Shown here piece after piece: positions 54,861 through 64,000 of a stretch of 64,000 bases of DNA (its first letter is position 1; every line of letters begins with the position of its first letter). The translations under genes and the position numbers were made by a program. Under the pieces are notes generated by a model that saw only the letters and a list, made by a program, of their open reading frames with translations, was not told the origin of the DNA and did no database searches. Location of the stretch: IMG/VR virus record IMGVR_UViG_3300045988_167643; one strand, given 5' to 3'. This DNA comes from a virus.

Positions 54861-55673
54861 TCAGTCTTCGTCTGCCTGTACATCATCTTTTGGGAATACC
54901 ATATAGAACAGACGTTTCTTTCTAGCACAGTAGTCAGACTGAGCATCACCCTTGTAATCGAATGTAGAATCATTCTTCATAGCAATTGTGGTCTCTGGAC
55001 TTGGCTGGAAGCTTGGGAATACAATGTAACCAAGACGCAGAACGTCTTTTTCACATGGGTCACAATATAATCCAACGATTGTAAGGCGAACTGTTTTAGG
55101 AAATTTATTTGCATGATTCTCAATAATAACAGTGTCTTTACACTTGTACTCATATTTAATAAGCAGCTGTACGATTTCTGCATTGTCCTTTACTTTAGTT
55201 GGGAAAGTAATCTTCTTTGCTGCCAACTGGAATTTTGTATTCTCGTCAGCCTCACCATCAGATAAAGTAAAGGATTTACCTGTACCACCATCTTTATAAA
55301 TTGGTGTTACACTAACAGTACCAGTAACAGGCTCATCTGGAAGATCGAAATCTGCTTTGCTTGGATCTACAAGAAGCATTTTTGGAGCTTCAATTTCACC
55401 TGCGGTATCAACCATAACCTTTTCAGAACCAGTTGTACCTGCATAAGCACCAAGTACAAGATGAGTATTTGTCAGAGTAACGGCTGCAGCTTTAGCAGTA
55501 TAAGATCTCTTAATAAGGGCACCATCCTTGTCAACAGAGTCTTTTGTATCTGCAGAAATGTCGATAGAAACATCACTGATATCCGGAAGTCTGTAATAAA
55601 CTTCTCCAGTGTCTTTATTATCAGCGACAGCATGAAGGGCTGAGTCCCAAATTACACCATCAAGATTAAACAT
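54861..55673 (-). CDS. putative major tail (tube) protein
   Basis: RBS AAAGGAGGATACACACATG is the strongest SD in this block. Its size and its position after the connector-sized genes fit a tube protein. There is no motif proof. Confidence 0.45.
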   Translation of the reverse strand: MFNLDGVIWDSALHAVADNKDTGEVYYRLPDISDVSIDISADTKDSVDKDGALIKRSYTAKAAAVTLTNTHLVLGAYAGTTGSEKVMVDTAGEIEAPKMLLVDPSKADFDLPDEPVTGTVSVTPIYKDGGTGKSFTLSDGEADENTKFQLAAKKITFPTKVKDNAEIVQLLIKYEYKCKDTVIIENHANKFPKTVRLTIVGLYCDPCEKDVLRLGYIVFPSFQPSPETTIAMKNDSTFDYKGDAQSDYCARKKRLFYMVFPKDDVQADED

Positions 55674-55715
55674 GTGTGTATCCTCCTTTAAAATTTTTGC
55701 ATAAAAAAAACAGAC

Positions 55716-56483
55716 CTAAGTTTGGTCTGTGCTACGTAACCAGTTAAATGATTCTTGCTTAATATTTTTTGTATCCATAAATCCACTATAAGCTCCTTGT
55801 GTAAGAGCAATAGTAGAAGTGTAGATTTGTGAACGCTTAACAGCATCCATAAATTCATATATTCCACATTCTTTTAACTGATCTTTACTATATTTGAAGC
55901 CAGGATAAACAAGCATGGCAGAAATCAAATTAACTAATTGAGATTCATACGGCTTATTTGCCTGAGCTTTCATTCTGTTTCGGTCTCTTTCAATGACCAA
56001 TTTCTTTGCAGTTGCTCCTTTTATAATCTTAGTCCCTGTATAAGTCATACCATTAATACGTCTTACATAAGAAATCATATGATGATAAATAAAAGAATCA
56101 ATTGCAAAATCAAGTTCTTCATTATAAAGAACTGTTTCGCCTGTCTCATTTTTTGTAGCTAAGCGGAATTTACTAAAATCTAAATCTCCAAATAAAATTC
56201 CTGTTTTGTCTGGTGTTAAGCTTGTGGCAAAAACACAGAAAAAATCAAATTCACTAATCTTATTCCAATCTTGCCCATTATCCCAAAGCATTACCTTAAA
56301 ATCTGACGGTGTACCACATAACAAGCCTATCATCTGATAATATTCCTGCTCACCAAAATTAATAATATCCTGCATAGTCGGTTGCGAAATTGTTATATAA
56401 CTGTTCAGTCTATATGGTTCTCTAAATAGAAGTTTGCACTCATCATATTTAAAGACTGATTCATCAAACTCTAACTTGTCCAT
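55716..56483 (-). CDS. structural/neck protein, unknown family
   Basis: It overlaps the upstream gene by 13 nt, suggesting translational coupling within the morphogenesis block. Confidence 0.4.
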   Translation of the reverse strand: MDKLEFDESVFKYDECKLLFREPYRLNSYITISQPTMQDIINFGEQEYYQMIGLLCGTPSDFKVMLWDNGQDWNKISEFDFFCVFATSLTPDKTGILFGDLDFSKFRLATKNETGETVLYNEELDFAIDSFIYHHMISYVRRINGMTYTGTKIIKGATAKKLVIERDRNRMKAQANKPYESQLVNLISAMLVYPGFKYSKDQLKECGIYEFMDAVKRSQIYTSTIALTQGAYSGFMDTKNIKQESFNWLRSTDQT

Positions 56484-57091
56484 GGTTGTTTATTAATAAC
56501 CTGTCGCTTTCCATTTCGAATACCGGTGATATTATTTGTGGTTTCCTGTTCAAGAACAATAGTTCGGATGATATAATTTGAATCTGTAAAAGATTCCTTG
56601 TCGCTTACAATATTGCAATGTGCACCAAAAATATTAGACCAATTAAATCTGTCACGAATAATTGAGCCAATAAGATCATGCCGTGTAATTCCTGTAAGTG
56701 GATCAATTGCATCACGTACATCTACCATTACTAAAAAAGTAACATTCATATAACACATGATTTGGTTGTACTTTGGAATGTCTGTGAATTCAGTTTTAAA
56801 ACAAAGATGATGTCTAACTTTATCTTGTGTATTAGGTAAATAGAAATGAGGGTGGATATTCCCTTCTTCTCCATAGTACATGGTCCAGTCGCCATCGTAG
56901 TTGATAGTTCCGTCCGGATTAAAAAGTTCAGTATCTTCTAGGTCTAAATTGTGAAATGCATACAAGAGTTCTGGAGATTTTAGTAAGGCTTTTTTAACCT
57001 TTTCTTTTAGATAAATATTATTATCATCAGGAACGCTCGTTAATGCTGTAAGCTTTGCAAGAAGTTCCTGCTTTGTTTGAAGCTTATCCAT
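56471..57091 (-). CDS. structural/neck protein, unknown family
   Basis: RBS AAGGGAGGCTCATAAATG. Tightly packed in the operon. Confidence 0.4.
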   Translation of the reverse strand: MDKLQTKQELLAKLTALTSVPDDNNIYLKEKVKKALLKSPELLYAFHNLDLEDTELFNPDGTINYDGDWTMYYGEEGNIHPHFYLPNTQDKVRHHLCFKTEFTDIPKYNQIMCYMNVTFLVMVDVRDAIDPLTGITRHDLIGSIIRDRFNWSNIFGAHCNIVSDKESFTDSNYIIRTIVLEQETTNNITGIRNGKRQVINKQPWTS

Positions 57092-57104
57092 TTATGAGCC
57101 TCCC

Positions 57105-57770
57105 TTATAATACAGATGAAATTTGAAGTTGAATTTCTCCAACAATATTTCTTCCATCTTTATTTATAGAGCATTTAATTACAAGAATTTTCGTTAAATA
57201 CTCTTTATTGTCTGCTATTTTAATTTTAATTTTGTTGCTTTCTTTTTGCTCTAACCAGGTGATTAAATCAGTATTATCCGTGACTTCGATTTCATCTGGG
57301 TCTTCATGTCTGTTATTTTTTACATAACATGACCAGCTACTTTTTGCTAAATAAGGGACAAATTCATCTGTGATTTCGTTACCCTGTATATTAAAGAATT
57401 TTGCAGTAATTAGTTTATAACTACCACCAATCTTAATTTTATTGGCATTACATAATAAATCACAATGAGTAGTATCCATTTTTGTTTCAGTGTCTGTATG
57501 GAATGGAGTGTCAGTAGGGACTTCATTGTCATATAAATCTGCATACATAGCAAAAATGTCGCCTTGAGCAACTTCAACATCATCTCTACCATCTGTATAA
57601 GGATCAAATTTATCCTGTGCAAAAGTAAGTCTCTTCAGTCCAAATAAAGGAGCTGTTTCAACTTTACTTATCTGGAATACATTTGGTTTTTCTACAGGTG
57701 CAGAAATGATTATACGCATATTTTTATTGTCTTCTTCTACATAGTAGATATCTTCAGTAATTGGATTCAA
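57105..57770 (-). CDS. 3' exon part of an intron-split structural gene
   Basis: It has only a TTG start and no SD. Its frame stays open upstream through 57771-57838 into the endonuclease gene's 3' end. It is collinear with 59173..59763. Confidence 0.6.
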   Translation of the reverse strand: MNPITEDIYYVEEDNKNMRIIISAPVEKPNVFQISKVETAPLFGLKRLTFAQDKFDPYTDGRDDVEVAQGDIFAMYADLYDNEVPTDTPFHTDTETKMDTTHCDLLCNANKIKIGGSYKLITAKFFNIQGNEITDEFVPYLAKSSWSCYVKNNRHEDPDEIEVTDNTDLITWLEQKESNKIKIKIADNKEYLTKILVIKCSINKDGRNIVGEIQLQISSVL

Positions 57771-59215
57771 CGGAACGATTGCCTTAAACTGGCTCTCGGT
57801 GGAAGTGGAGTAATACCTTATGTTACTTTTACAGTTCGTTAAGCTGCAAAAGAATTATTTACATAGCGTGAAATATAAACTTCATATTTTCTTTTTAAGT
57901 GAATTGTGGAATTGTTGTAAATGTAATCTAAAAATATTTTAGTATTATGTATATTATTAATTTTTAAATCACAAGTTATATCATTATATTTATAAATTGT
58001 AGATTCAATATTTAAAGTATCATATAGAACATCTTTTAGCTTATATAAAAACATGCAAGTACCTGTTAAAGAAACTCTATTTCGTGTTTTTATAATAGAT
58101 CCATCACCATCTAAATAACCTCGAATTAAATGCGGAAGCAAATTATTAGATACCCATTCTGGGTACTCTAATTTAAGACTTTTCTGATTAACTATTCCTA
58201 AATTCCGAAGTTGATTTGCCATATATTTATTAACAATAGAAAGTTTGTATTGATTTTTATATGTAATTTTCTTCTTTTTCATATTTATAGGCTTTATTGG
58301 TCTATTACTACCTAATAATGAGTTTATTTTTTCCAAAATGTATTTATCATCTTCTTGGAGACTTATTGATATGGTGTTTTTGTGAACACATCCATCTGCC
58401 ATTAATAATCCAATAATATAAGCTTTTTCTTGATTGTCTATTTCATCAAAATAATGCTCATTTAAAGTATATTTTTGATTAAATTTTTCCGATCCAATTA
58501 TTTCAACATTATTTCTTTTTAGTATTTCAGAAACCGTTGATTGGCTAATTTTATATTTTTCTGCAATTTTATGTATTGGCAATGGTGAAAGATAATCATT
58601 AATGATATCTTTTTCATCAATATCAGATACTTTTGTTCTGGTGTGAATTCCATTTTCTAATAATAATCTACCTATACTTCGTGACGGAACATTAAATTTT
58701 TCTGCTATAATTTTCAATTGCATTCCACTTTTTTGTAGTTCAACAATTTCATTAAAATGTTTTTTTAATTCTTGTTTATATTTCCCTGAGTACATAATAA
58801 ATTCCTCCAAAATTTTTCATATGATAAATTGCAGTAATTGTGCAATTGGAGGTTGCAACAAAATGGGAGCTACCCACTGTCCTGCAATATTATCTTCTCA
58901 ATTAGTAAATAATTTTTCTCATAAAATGAGAGCTGACTATATCTTCACCATGCCTTGCGGTTTAGGTGCTCTCCGTTTCGAACACTTGTCCTACATAAAT
59001 AGTCGATGAGCCTTATCCTATTCGGATCTTGGTTGCTGATTGTCCAACACTTGTAATTTTCAAACATTCACACTTGATCGTATTTCATATCTATGTTGTA
59101 GTTTACAAATTTCATACAGATTTCCAGCAGTTAAAAGAGATTCACTGCATAGTTTCCAAATGCAGTGGACAATTACTTATCGGTCCAGAGGCCGCTGTTG
59201 TACGAGGATTGTGTC
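57771..59215 (-). mobile_element. group I intron with LAGLIDADG endonuclease (splice sites approximate)
   Basis: R element CAUCGACUAUUUAUG lies at 58994-59008 and S element GAAGAUAUAGUCAGC around 58932-58947. P7 pairs GACUAU with AUAGUC. Several perfect hairpins are present (ACGAGGA/TCCTCGT, CACTGCAT/ATGCAGTG). The region outside the HEG is ORF-free and GC-richer. Confidence 0.75.
57839..58795 (-). CDS. LAGLIDADG homing endonuclease with N-terminal HTH repeats
   Basis: Two LAGLIDADG motifs are present: YIIGLLMADGCV and LIRGYLDGDGSI. The start was refined to MYSGKYKQ, 8 nt after GGAGG. Confidence 0.85.
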   Translation of the reverse strand: MYSGKYKQELKKHFNEIVELQKSGMQLKIIAEKFNVPSRSIGRLLLENGIHTRTKVSDIDEKDIINDYLSPLPIHKIAEKYKISQSTVSEILKRNNVEIIGSEKFNQKYTLNEHYFDEIDNQEKAYIIGLLMADGCVHKNTISISLQEDDKYILEKINSLLGSNRPIKPINMKKKKITYKNQYKLSIVNKYMANQLRNLGIVNQKSLKLEYPEWVSNNLLPHLIRGYLDGDGSIIKTRNRVSLTGTCMFLYKLKDVLYDTLNIESTIYKYNDITCDLKINNIHNTKIFLDYIYNNSTIHLKRKYEVYISRYVNNSFAA

Positions 59216-59763
59216 CTCGTCACTCCCCAAATTTTCCGTTTATACCGTTTACCATTTTTCTTTACAATAAAATGAAACCAATAATCACATGGAAGGATAT
59301 TGTATTTGACAAACTGATTACCTATTTCTTTTGTACAGATAATCCATCTATGATAAATACCTTGATCATCAGCTATATCAATATATAATCCTACAAAGTC
59401 TTCATTAGAGTATTTTCGTCTGTAATCTGTTTCAAAATAATAGAGTTCATCAGTTGGTTCGAATTGTGTCTTCTGACTTGGTTTAAATTGTAGATAATAC
59501 TCAACTTGATCTTTATCCAGTGAGCTATAAGATTTGACAATAAATTTTGCATCAATGCGAGTTTTGGTTGTATGTGGTCCATGAGTAATATTTCTATTCA
59601 AAGTAGGAGAGTCATCATGATAATAATCATAGATATAACAAACCCTTGATGCGATAGAATTATTCCATGTCGCTTCCATAGCATCATCAGATTGTTTTTT
59701 AATCTGTTGACCAATCGTTCCAATATTCGCATATAATTGCTGCATCTCTCTAAAGGTAGGCAT
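59173..59763 (-). CDS. 5' exon part of the intron-split structural gene
   Basis: RBS AAAGGAGGACTGATTATG. The C-terminal codons (...GVTRTQSSYNSGLWTDK*) run into the intron hairpins and are probably intron read-through. Confidence 0.6.
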   Translation of the reverse strand: MPTFREMQQLYANIGTIGQQIKKQSDDAMEATWNNSIASRVCYIYDYYHDDSPTLNRNITHGPHTTKTRIDAKFIVKSYSSLDKDQVEYYLQFKPSQKTQFEPTDELYYFETDYRRKYSNEDFVGLYIDIADDQGIYHRWIICTKEIGNQFVKYNILPCDYWFHFIVKKNGKRYKRKIWGVTRTQSSYNSGLWTDK

Positions 59764-59765
59764 AA

Positions 59766-60098
59766 TCAGTCCTCCTTTATTTTAAGCACTGCAACACCGG
59801 CATCTAAAATGAGTTTTCTATAATCCTCAAATTTAGAATCTGGTTTATTGTATGTAACTCTGGCAGCTTCTAATAATTCAATAATTGGTACCAACTCAAC
59901 AGGGTAGAAGAGTAGGCTGTTTAATCCATCTAAGTCATATTGAATATTCTGAAATATTTCATTTACGTCTTTACCTGGATATTTACTTGAAGTATTTGGA
60001 TCTGCACATTGTAATAAAAAGAAAATAGAACCTCGTAATGTCTTCTTAATTTCCGACATTTGCATATCACTAAATTTTCCGTAACGGTGCTTCATCAT
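59766..60098 (-). CDS. head-tail connector-sized protein
   Basis: It is 110 aa with an ATGA overlap to the upstream gene. The call rests on synteny only. Confidence 0.4.
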   Translation of the reverse strand: MMKHRYGKFSDMQMSEIKKTLRGSIFFLLQCADPNTSSKYPGKDVNEIFQNIQYDLDGLNSLLFYPVELVPIIELLEAARVTYNKPDSKFEDYRKLILDAGVAVLKIKED

Positions 60099-60550
60099 GA
60101 CGTTTCACCTCCGGAGATATAACTGTTATTTATATATCCATCATCACGGATAAATTTTCGAAGATTACGCTCTAAAGATTCTAGTCGTTCTATATTCGTC
60201 TTATAGTTGGATTGGATGTTCTTTTCTTCCTTACTACCAATAATTCTTGCAGTATTAATCGCATTATCAACCTGTGGCTTTAACCATCCGATTACCATAT
60301 ATTGAGCAAAAATATTTATTACAAAATCATCATCTGATTCCTGATCTGATGGATTATTGAGAGAGTATGTCAACTCTAGTAATCTATCATCTAATTTCAA
60401 TTGAGAAAATTTTTTCTTAATATATGGCTTCGATGCAGCGTCATGCAACCATGAACGCATACGATCATACGCGAAATCTTGTGGTAATTTATAGAAGTTT
60501 GGATCATCCATTAGATTATAAAATCTGTTAAATATCTCATCGTAGGTCAT
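60095..60550 (-). CDS. head-tail connector-sized protein
   Basis: It is 151 aa with RBS CGGAGGTGCTATATG. The call rests on synteny only. Confidence 0.4.
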   Translation of the reverse strand: MTYDEIFNRFYNLMDDPNFYKLPQDFAYDRMRSWLHDAASKPYIKKKFSQLKLDDRLLELTYSLNNPSDQESDDDFVINIFAQYMVIGWLKPQVDNAINTARIIGSKEEKNIQSNYKTNIERLESLERNLRKFIRDDGYINNSYISGGETS

Positions 60551-60572
60551 ATAGCACCTCCGATCTTATTAA

Positions 60573-61235
60573 TTACATTTTCAGATCAAAACGAGTACCA
60601 CAAACTTTGTCAATGATTTTCGCTTTGTTCCACTGTTCAAATGTACCGTTTTCCATCTGTGTAGCATAAGTAGTGATAATTCTATTTTTAGCTGTAATTG
60701 GAAGCTGAATAAATGCTTTTTCAAAGTCACGATATGGAAGGTTCATTACTTTCTCAATATCTTTTTCATTAAACATATTTTCATAAACTTCCTTTACTTC
60801 AAACCAGTGCTCGTCATTTATAAGATTTTCATCCTCAATAATAATATCTGGATCAAATATAGAACCTTTATGCTGAAGCATTGCAGCTTTTAAATCCTGA
60901 TATTCAATATTTCGTCTATCACCAGCACCATTAAACGCATATGTCATGTGTGTATGATCACCTGTAAACAAGAGCACACCAGCAAAAAGTGACCTACATG
61001 GAATCATTTCCTCTGGTCTATAATCTGCATCTGTTTTTACTACTTTTTTAGGTTCTTTTACCTCTACTTTTTCAGGTTCATCCTGAACCGTAATATAATT
61101 GGCTCTTACCATTTCAATTGCTTCGTCAGAAAGTGGAGTCATATGATTTTTCACAGGAACTTCGTTTTCCTTTAATAACGCTACAACATCTGAACTTGGT
61201 ACACCAATTTCTTTTGCAAGCTCAAAAACTTTCAT
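60573..61235 (-). CDS. protein with N-terminal IF2-N/HeH-like helical motif
   Basis: The start was refined to MKVFELAKEIGVPSSDVVALLKE after GAAAGGAAAAATAACTATG. It lies directly downstream of the capsid gene. Confidence 0.45.
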   Translation of the reverse strand: MKVFELAKEIGVPSSDVVALLKENEVPVKNHMTPLSDEAIEMVRANYITVQDEPEKVEVKEPKKVVKTDADYRPEEMIPCRSLFAGVLLFTGDHTHMTYAFNGAGDRRNIEYQDLKAAMLQHKGSIFDPDIIIEDENLINDEHWFEVKEVYENMFNEKDIEKVMNLPYRDFEKAFIQLPITAKNRIITTYATQMENGTFEQWNKAKIIDKVCGTRFDLKM

Positions 61236-61313
61236 AGTTATTTTTCCTTTCATTCATAAAAATAGGAGTGTAGTAAACAACCACACTCCTAAATATTTTT
61301 ATATTAGACGAAA

Positions 61314-62417
61314 TTACGCCTCAAGAGTCCATGTACCAAAACGTACATTAGTCATTGTCTCAAGACCCATGCAAGTTCTAATACGGTAATCTTTTGTCTC
61401 ATCACCAGTCTCGCCCATTTCGTTTCTTTCAAATGTTGCATCAGAACCTTCATAAACGAACTTAACGAACTTATCAATATTATTAGGCATAATCAGAAGT
61501 TTCTTATCATCTTCCAGATAGTGCTCAACATCATTGTAAGCAAATGCCTGTGGAATCTCTACAATTTCTGTTCCTTCGAATGATCCAAGACGACCCATTC
61601 TATAGATATCAGATTTTGCTTCATTAGAAATCCACTGTACACTACCGAAGTTCTGAAGTTCTCCAAGAGCTACCTCAGTACCCATAATTACTGCCTTAGA
61701 ACCGGTAGCAAGCTGTACATCAGAGATAAGTCTTTTCAGTTTAGCTCTATTTTCAGCTTTAGCTTCACCTTTGATATTCCATTTTGTAGGAACTGGAAGC
61801 TGCTGAGATGCAGACATAACAGCATCATGAAGCATTGTATTTACATAACGATCAAATGCTTCTGTAATTTTATTAATCAGCTCATTCCAGTCTTCAACAC
61901 CCTGCATAAACCTAAGAAGGCTCATGTATACGCCTAATCCAAAGTAACTTGTACTAACTGTGCGAGTCTGTCCTGCGCCAAGTCTCTGACGTTCAATTGC
62001 GTGCTGTCCACCAGAAAGTTTTGCTACAGTAAGGATACAATCATCTTTAATGTAGAAACTGTTTTTCTCTCCGATTGTTGTATTCTTAAAATCAACATAT
62101 TTTCTAAAGAATGGATCTGCTGACCAACCTGTTACCAATGTATCATCAATTGTGTCCTCGATAATCTCGAATAACGCTTCTCTTACTGCAGTTCTTCCTA
62201 AAGCACGTTTAATCTGAATATCAGTTGCGTCCTCGGAAAGTCCTGCAATTTCTCTAAATTTTGTTCTAATTACAGTATTGGCATCTGCTACAGACTGGTT
62301 CTGAAGTGTGCCATTATATGTATCAATACAAATTTTTGTAAAAGTTTTAATATCTTTTGCGTCTTTAAATTTTTTCTGATTTAAATCAGTATATTCAGCA
62401 AATAATAATTTTCTCAT
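61314..62417 (-). CDS. putative major capsid protein (HK97-fold size class)
   Basis: It is 367 aa with a strong RBS (AAAGGAGGATATATCATAATG). It lies between a scaffold/decoration-sized gene and the connector genes. No motif-level proof. Confidence 0.55.
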   Translation of the reverse strand: MRKLLFAEYTDLNQKKFKDAKDIKTFTKICIDTYNGTLQNQSVADANTVIRTKFREIAGLSEDATDIQIKRALGRTAVREALFEIIEDTIDDTLVTGWSADPFFRKYVDFKNTTIGEKNSFYIKDDCILTVAKLSGGQHAIERQRLGAGQTRTVSTSYFGLGVYMSLLRFMQGVEDWNELINKITEAFDRYVNTMLHDAVMSASQQLPVPTKWNIKGEAKAENRAKLKRLISDVQLATGSKAVIMGTEVALGELQNFGSVQWISNEAKSDIYRMGRLGSFEGTEIVEIPQAFAYNDVEHYLEDDKKLLIMPNNIDKFVKFVYEGSDATFERNEMGETGDETKDYRIRTCMGLETMTNVRFGTWTLEA

Positions 62418-62438
62418 TATGATATATCCTCCTTTCTA

Positions 62439-62984
62439 TTAGGCTTCAACAGCAGCATTTCTCTTAACGAATACTGCATATTCACCGTTTGGCCACTGCT
62501 TGTAGATATAGCCAACAAAACCATGTGTCACAGTTGTTTTATTTGGATCTTCTGCAGCAGTTGTTAATTTGAAACCAGTTCCATCAACAACAACATATTT
62601 TCCAACCTCAACCTCTGTTTCGTCCTTGAAAGCTTCTTTAGAAAGGCTAAATCTGTCTGTTTCGAATGTTTCAAATGCACGAATTCTTTCTCCCTGACCA
62701 ATAAAATACTGGGACTCTTCCTGCATTCTCTTTGTGTACTCTTCGTAGATTTTTACATCATTTGCAAGGATTACAACTTTATCTGTAATCTTTGGTGCCT
62801 CTACCTTAAATACATCGTCCTCTACGTAATTCTCTGGCTTCAGAACAGATACAGAACCATTTTCCATCTCTGCATCTTCATTAACCATTGTGTAAAATGC
62901 ACTTGGAATATCAGTTGCATGCATTAATGTGGCATGAAATACGCCATGTTTGTCGTATAAATATTTTTCGAAATTAGATGCCAT
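62439..62984 (-). CDS. capsid-associated (scaffold/decoration-position) protein
   Basis: The start was refined to MASNFEKY after AAAGGAGGAAACCGAAATG. Confidence 0.45.
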   Translation of the reverse strand: MASNFEKYLYDKHGVFHATLMHATDIPSAFYTMVNEDAEMENGSVSVLKPENYVEDDVFKVEAPKITDKVVILANDVKIYEEYTKRMQEESQYFIGQGERIRAFETFETDRFSLSKEAFKDETEVEVGKYVVVDGTGFKLTTAAEDPNKTTVTHGFVGYIYKQWPNGEYAVFVKRNAAVEA

Positions 62985-63011
62985 TTCGGTTTCCTCCTTT
63001 AATATTTTTAG

Positions 63012-63045
63012 GCAATAAAAAAGAACCTCCACTATAGAAGGTTCT
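63012..63045 (-). terminator. rho-independent terminator after HEG-like gene
   Basis: On the minus strand, AGAACCT-tctatagtgg-AGGTTCT is followed by TTTTTTATT. Confidence 0.65.
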
Positions 63046-63053
63046 GAATGATT

Positions 63054-63854
63054 TTAAATTCGTTTCCAATGAAGAACTGTTCCGTTATCTAAATGACCAG
63101 TATATTTAATACGTCCAGATAAATAACTACTTACACATCCACCATATTTTTTATCCGCTGCATCCATAGAATTAAATATTTCACCTGTTTCAATACATTT
63201 AACAGGAGTTCGATTAAATCCGTTTGGATTATTTTCATTTCGCTGTTTGTTTTTTTCGTAACCGAGAGCAAGCGATTGTTTTTTTAGATCTTTATAATCC
63301 ATATTAAGATATCCTGATTCACAAGCAGTTTTTAAATACCTGCTTACAGTAGTGTTTGATATTTCAAGCTTTTCGGCTATTTCAACAAAACTTCGCATTC
63401 CTTGTTTAACTAAGTCACAAACTGAAATAAATATAGATTTTTCTGCAACGACACGGCATAAAGAAAAGTTTATTTTTGATAAATTTAAGATTTGAGCCAC
63501 TTCAGAAATTAAAATATGTTCTTTTATATAATCATATCTATTTTCTATATTAACATAATTGCAATTAACTCGAATTACTTTTATATTATGTAATTTTGCT
63601 AATACGTCTTTCTTATCATCAATTTGTTTTCCAGCAATATCTTGTTTACCATTGAGAGTAAAATTCCCATGTCCAAGTCCGCCATCCATTTCAACAATAT
63701 ATTCTACTACAATATATTTATGGTTAATATCCCTTACAGCCAGTAAGGAATTATCCATCTTGTTGCTTAAGCTGTATAATGATGGAGCAATCGGTATATC
63801 GAATACTTTCTTGGACTCCGCGTCCGTAATTAAGACTGATAACCAGCTCCTCAT
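63054..63854 (-). CDS. homing-endonuclease-like protein: PD-(D/E)XK-like + HTH + NUMOD-like C-terminus
   Basis: EYIVEMDGGLGHG...DDKKDVLAKLHNIKVIRV follows the DUF559/Vsr-like pattern. FVEIAEKLEISNTTVSRYLK is an HTH. The C-terminus VKCIETGEIFNSMDAADKKYG...GHLDNGTVLHW resembles phage endonuclease DNA-binding tails. There is no SD at the annotated ATG. Confidence 0.5.
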   Translation of the reverse strand: MRSWLSVLITDAESKKVFDIPIAPSLYSLSNKMDNSLLAVRDINHKYIVVEYIVEMDGGLGHGNFTLNGKQDIAGKQIDDKKDVLAKLHNIKVIRVNCNYVNIENRYDYIKEHILISEVAQILNLSKINFSLCRVVAEKSIFISVCDLVKQGMRSFVEIAEKLEISNTTVSRYLKTACESGYLNMDYKDLKKQSLALGYEKNKQRNENNPNGFNRTPVKCIETGEIFNSMDAADKKYGGCVSSYLSGRIKYTGHLDNGTVLHWKRI

Positions 63855-63980
63855 TCGCAGCGTTCGTTTTATGCAGGTTGAATCGCCATAGGTGCATTCG
63901 CGTCACACCACAGTAGATTGAATAGGCAATGAGTAAAACTGGTACTTATCCATTGCAATAATCTTAAGGAGTGACAATTT

Positions 63981-64000
63981 ATGAACGCAGTAGGTATCGA
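63981..64000 (+). CDS. start of a plus-strand gene (3'-truncated by window)
   Basis: AAGGAGTGACAATTTATG is followed by MNAVGI.... It is divergent from the minus-strand operon. Confidence 0.4.

Noticed and set aside
59029-59388. Track ORFs 59029..59388 and 59040..59270 (+) and 58821..59009 (+)
   Set aside because: They lie antisense within the group I intron core and exon boundary. They have no RBS and a Cys/His-rich composition typical of translated structured RNA.
1-64000. Diversity-generating retroelement or retron explanations for the repeated cassettes
   Set aside because: No reverse-transcriptase motifs (YxDD) were seen in any ORF, and there are no template/variable repeat pairs with adenine-specific differences.

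Overview
Low-GC (Firmicutes/Clostridia-like codon usage) DNA dominated by a minus-strand siphovirus-type late/structural operon. The order, read right to left, is: capsid-proximal genes, major capsid protein, connector-sized proteins, putative major tail protein, chaperone-position genes, tape-measure protein (TMP), Dit, Tal, very large fibre/adhesin proteins, tail fibre and lysis cassette. The operon ends at a strong terminator near 5.3 kb. To its left lies a translationally coupled Tn7/Tn5053-like tniA-tniB-tniQ module (5'-truncated by the window) with small cargo genes. The structural operon is heavily colonised by selfish and accessory DNA. (1) A canonical group I intron carrying a PD-(D/E)XK-type homing endonuclease sits inside the TP901-type core of the TMP. 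(2) A second group I intron with a LAGLIDADG endonuclease splits a structural gene at 57.1-59.8 kb. (3) A third homing-endonuclease-like ORF lies at 63.1-63.9 kb. (4) A 7.55-kb accessory island (39.69-47.25 kb) separates the TMP N-terminal part from a 2702-aa TMP remainder that has no credible start or RBS. The island is flanked by an 8-bp direct repeat in identical codon phase, so deleting it restores one ORF. It also carries a 15-17 nt inverted complement of the first downstream TMP codons, and its TMP-proximal ~1 kb is ORF-poor and contains group-I-like R/S elements. The island holds repeated gene cassettes: HExxH proteins with divergent small partners, four 141-nt zinc-ribbon cassettes (three in the +1 frame of the upstream ORF), HslV/CodW-like Ntn hydrolases with convergent overlapping mini-genes, small-protein plus retropepsin-like protease operons, and a type-I-toxin-like peptide gene. 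Paralogues of these cassettes recur between TMP and Dit and in the transposon cargo. All functional calls rest on motif recognition by eye and remembered family signatures; no searches were run.
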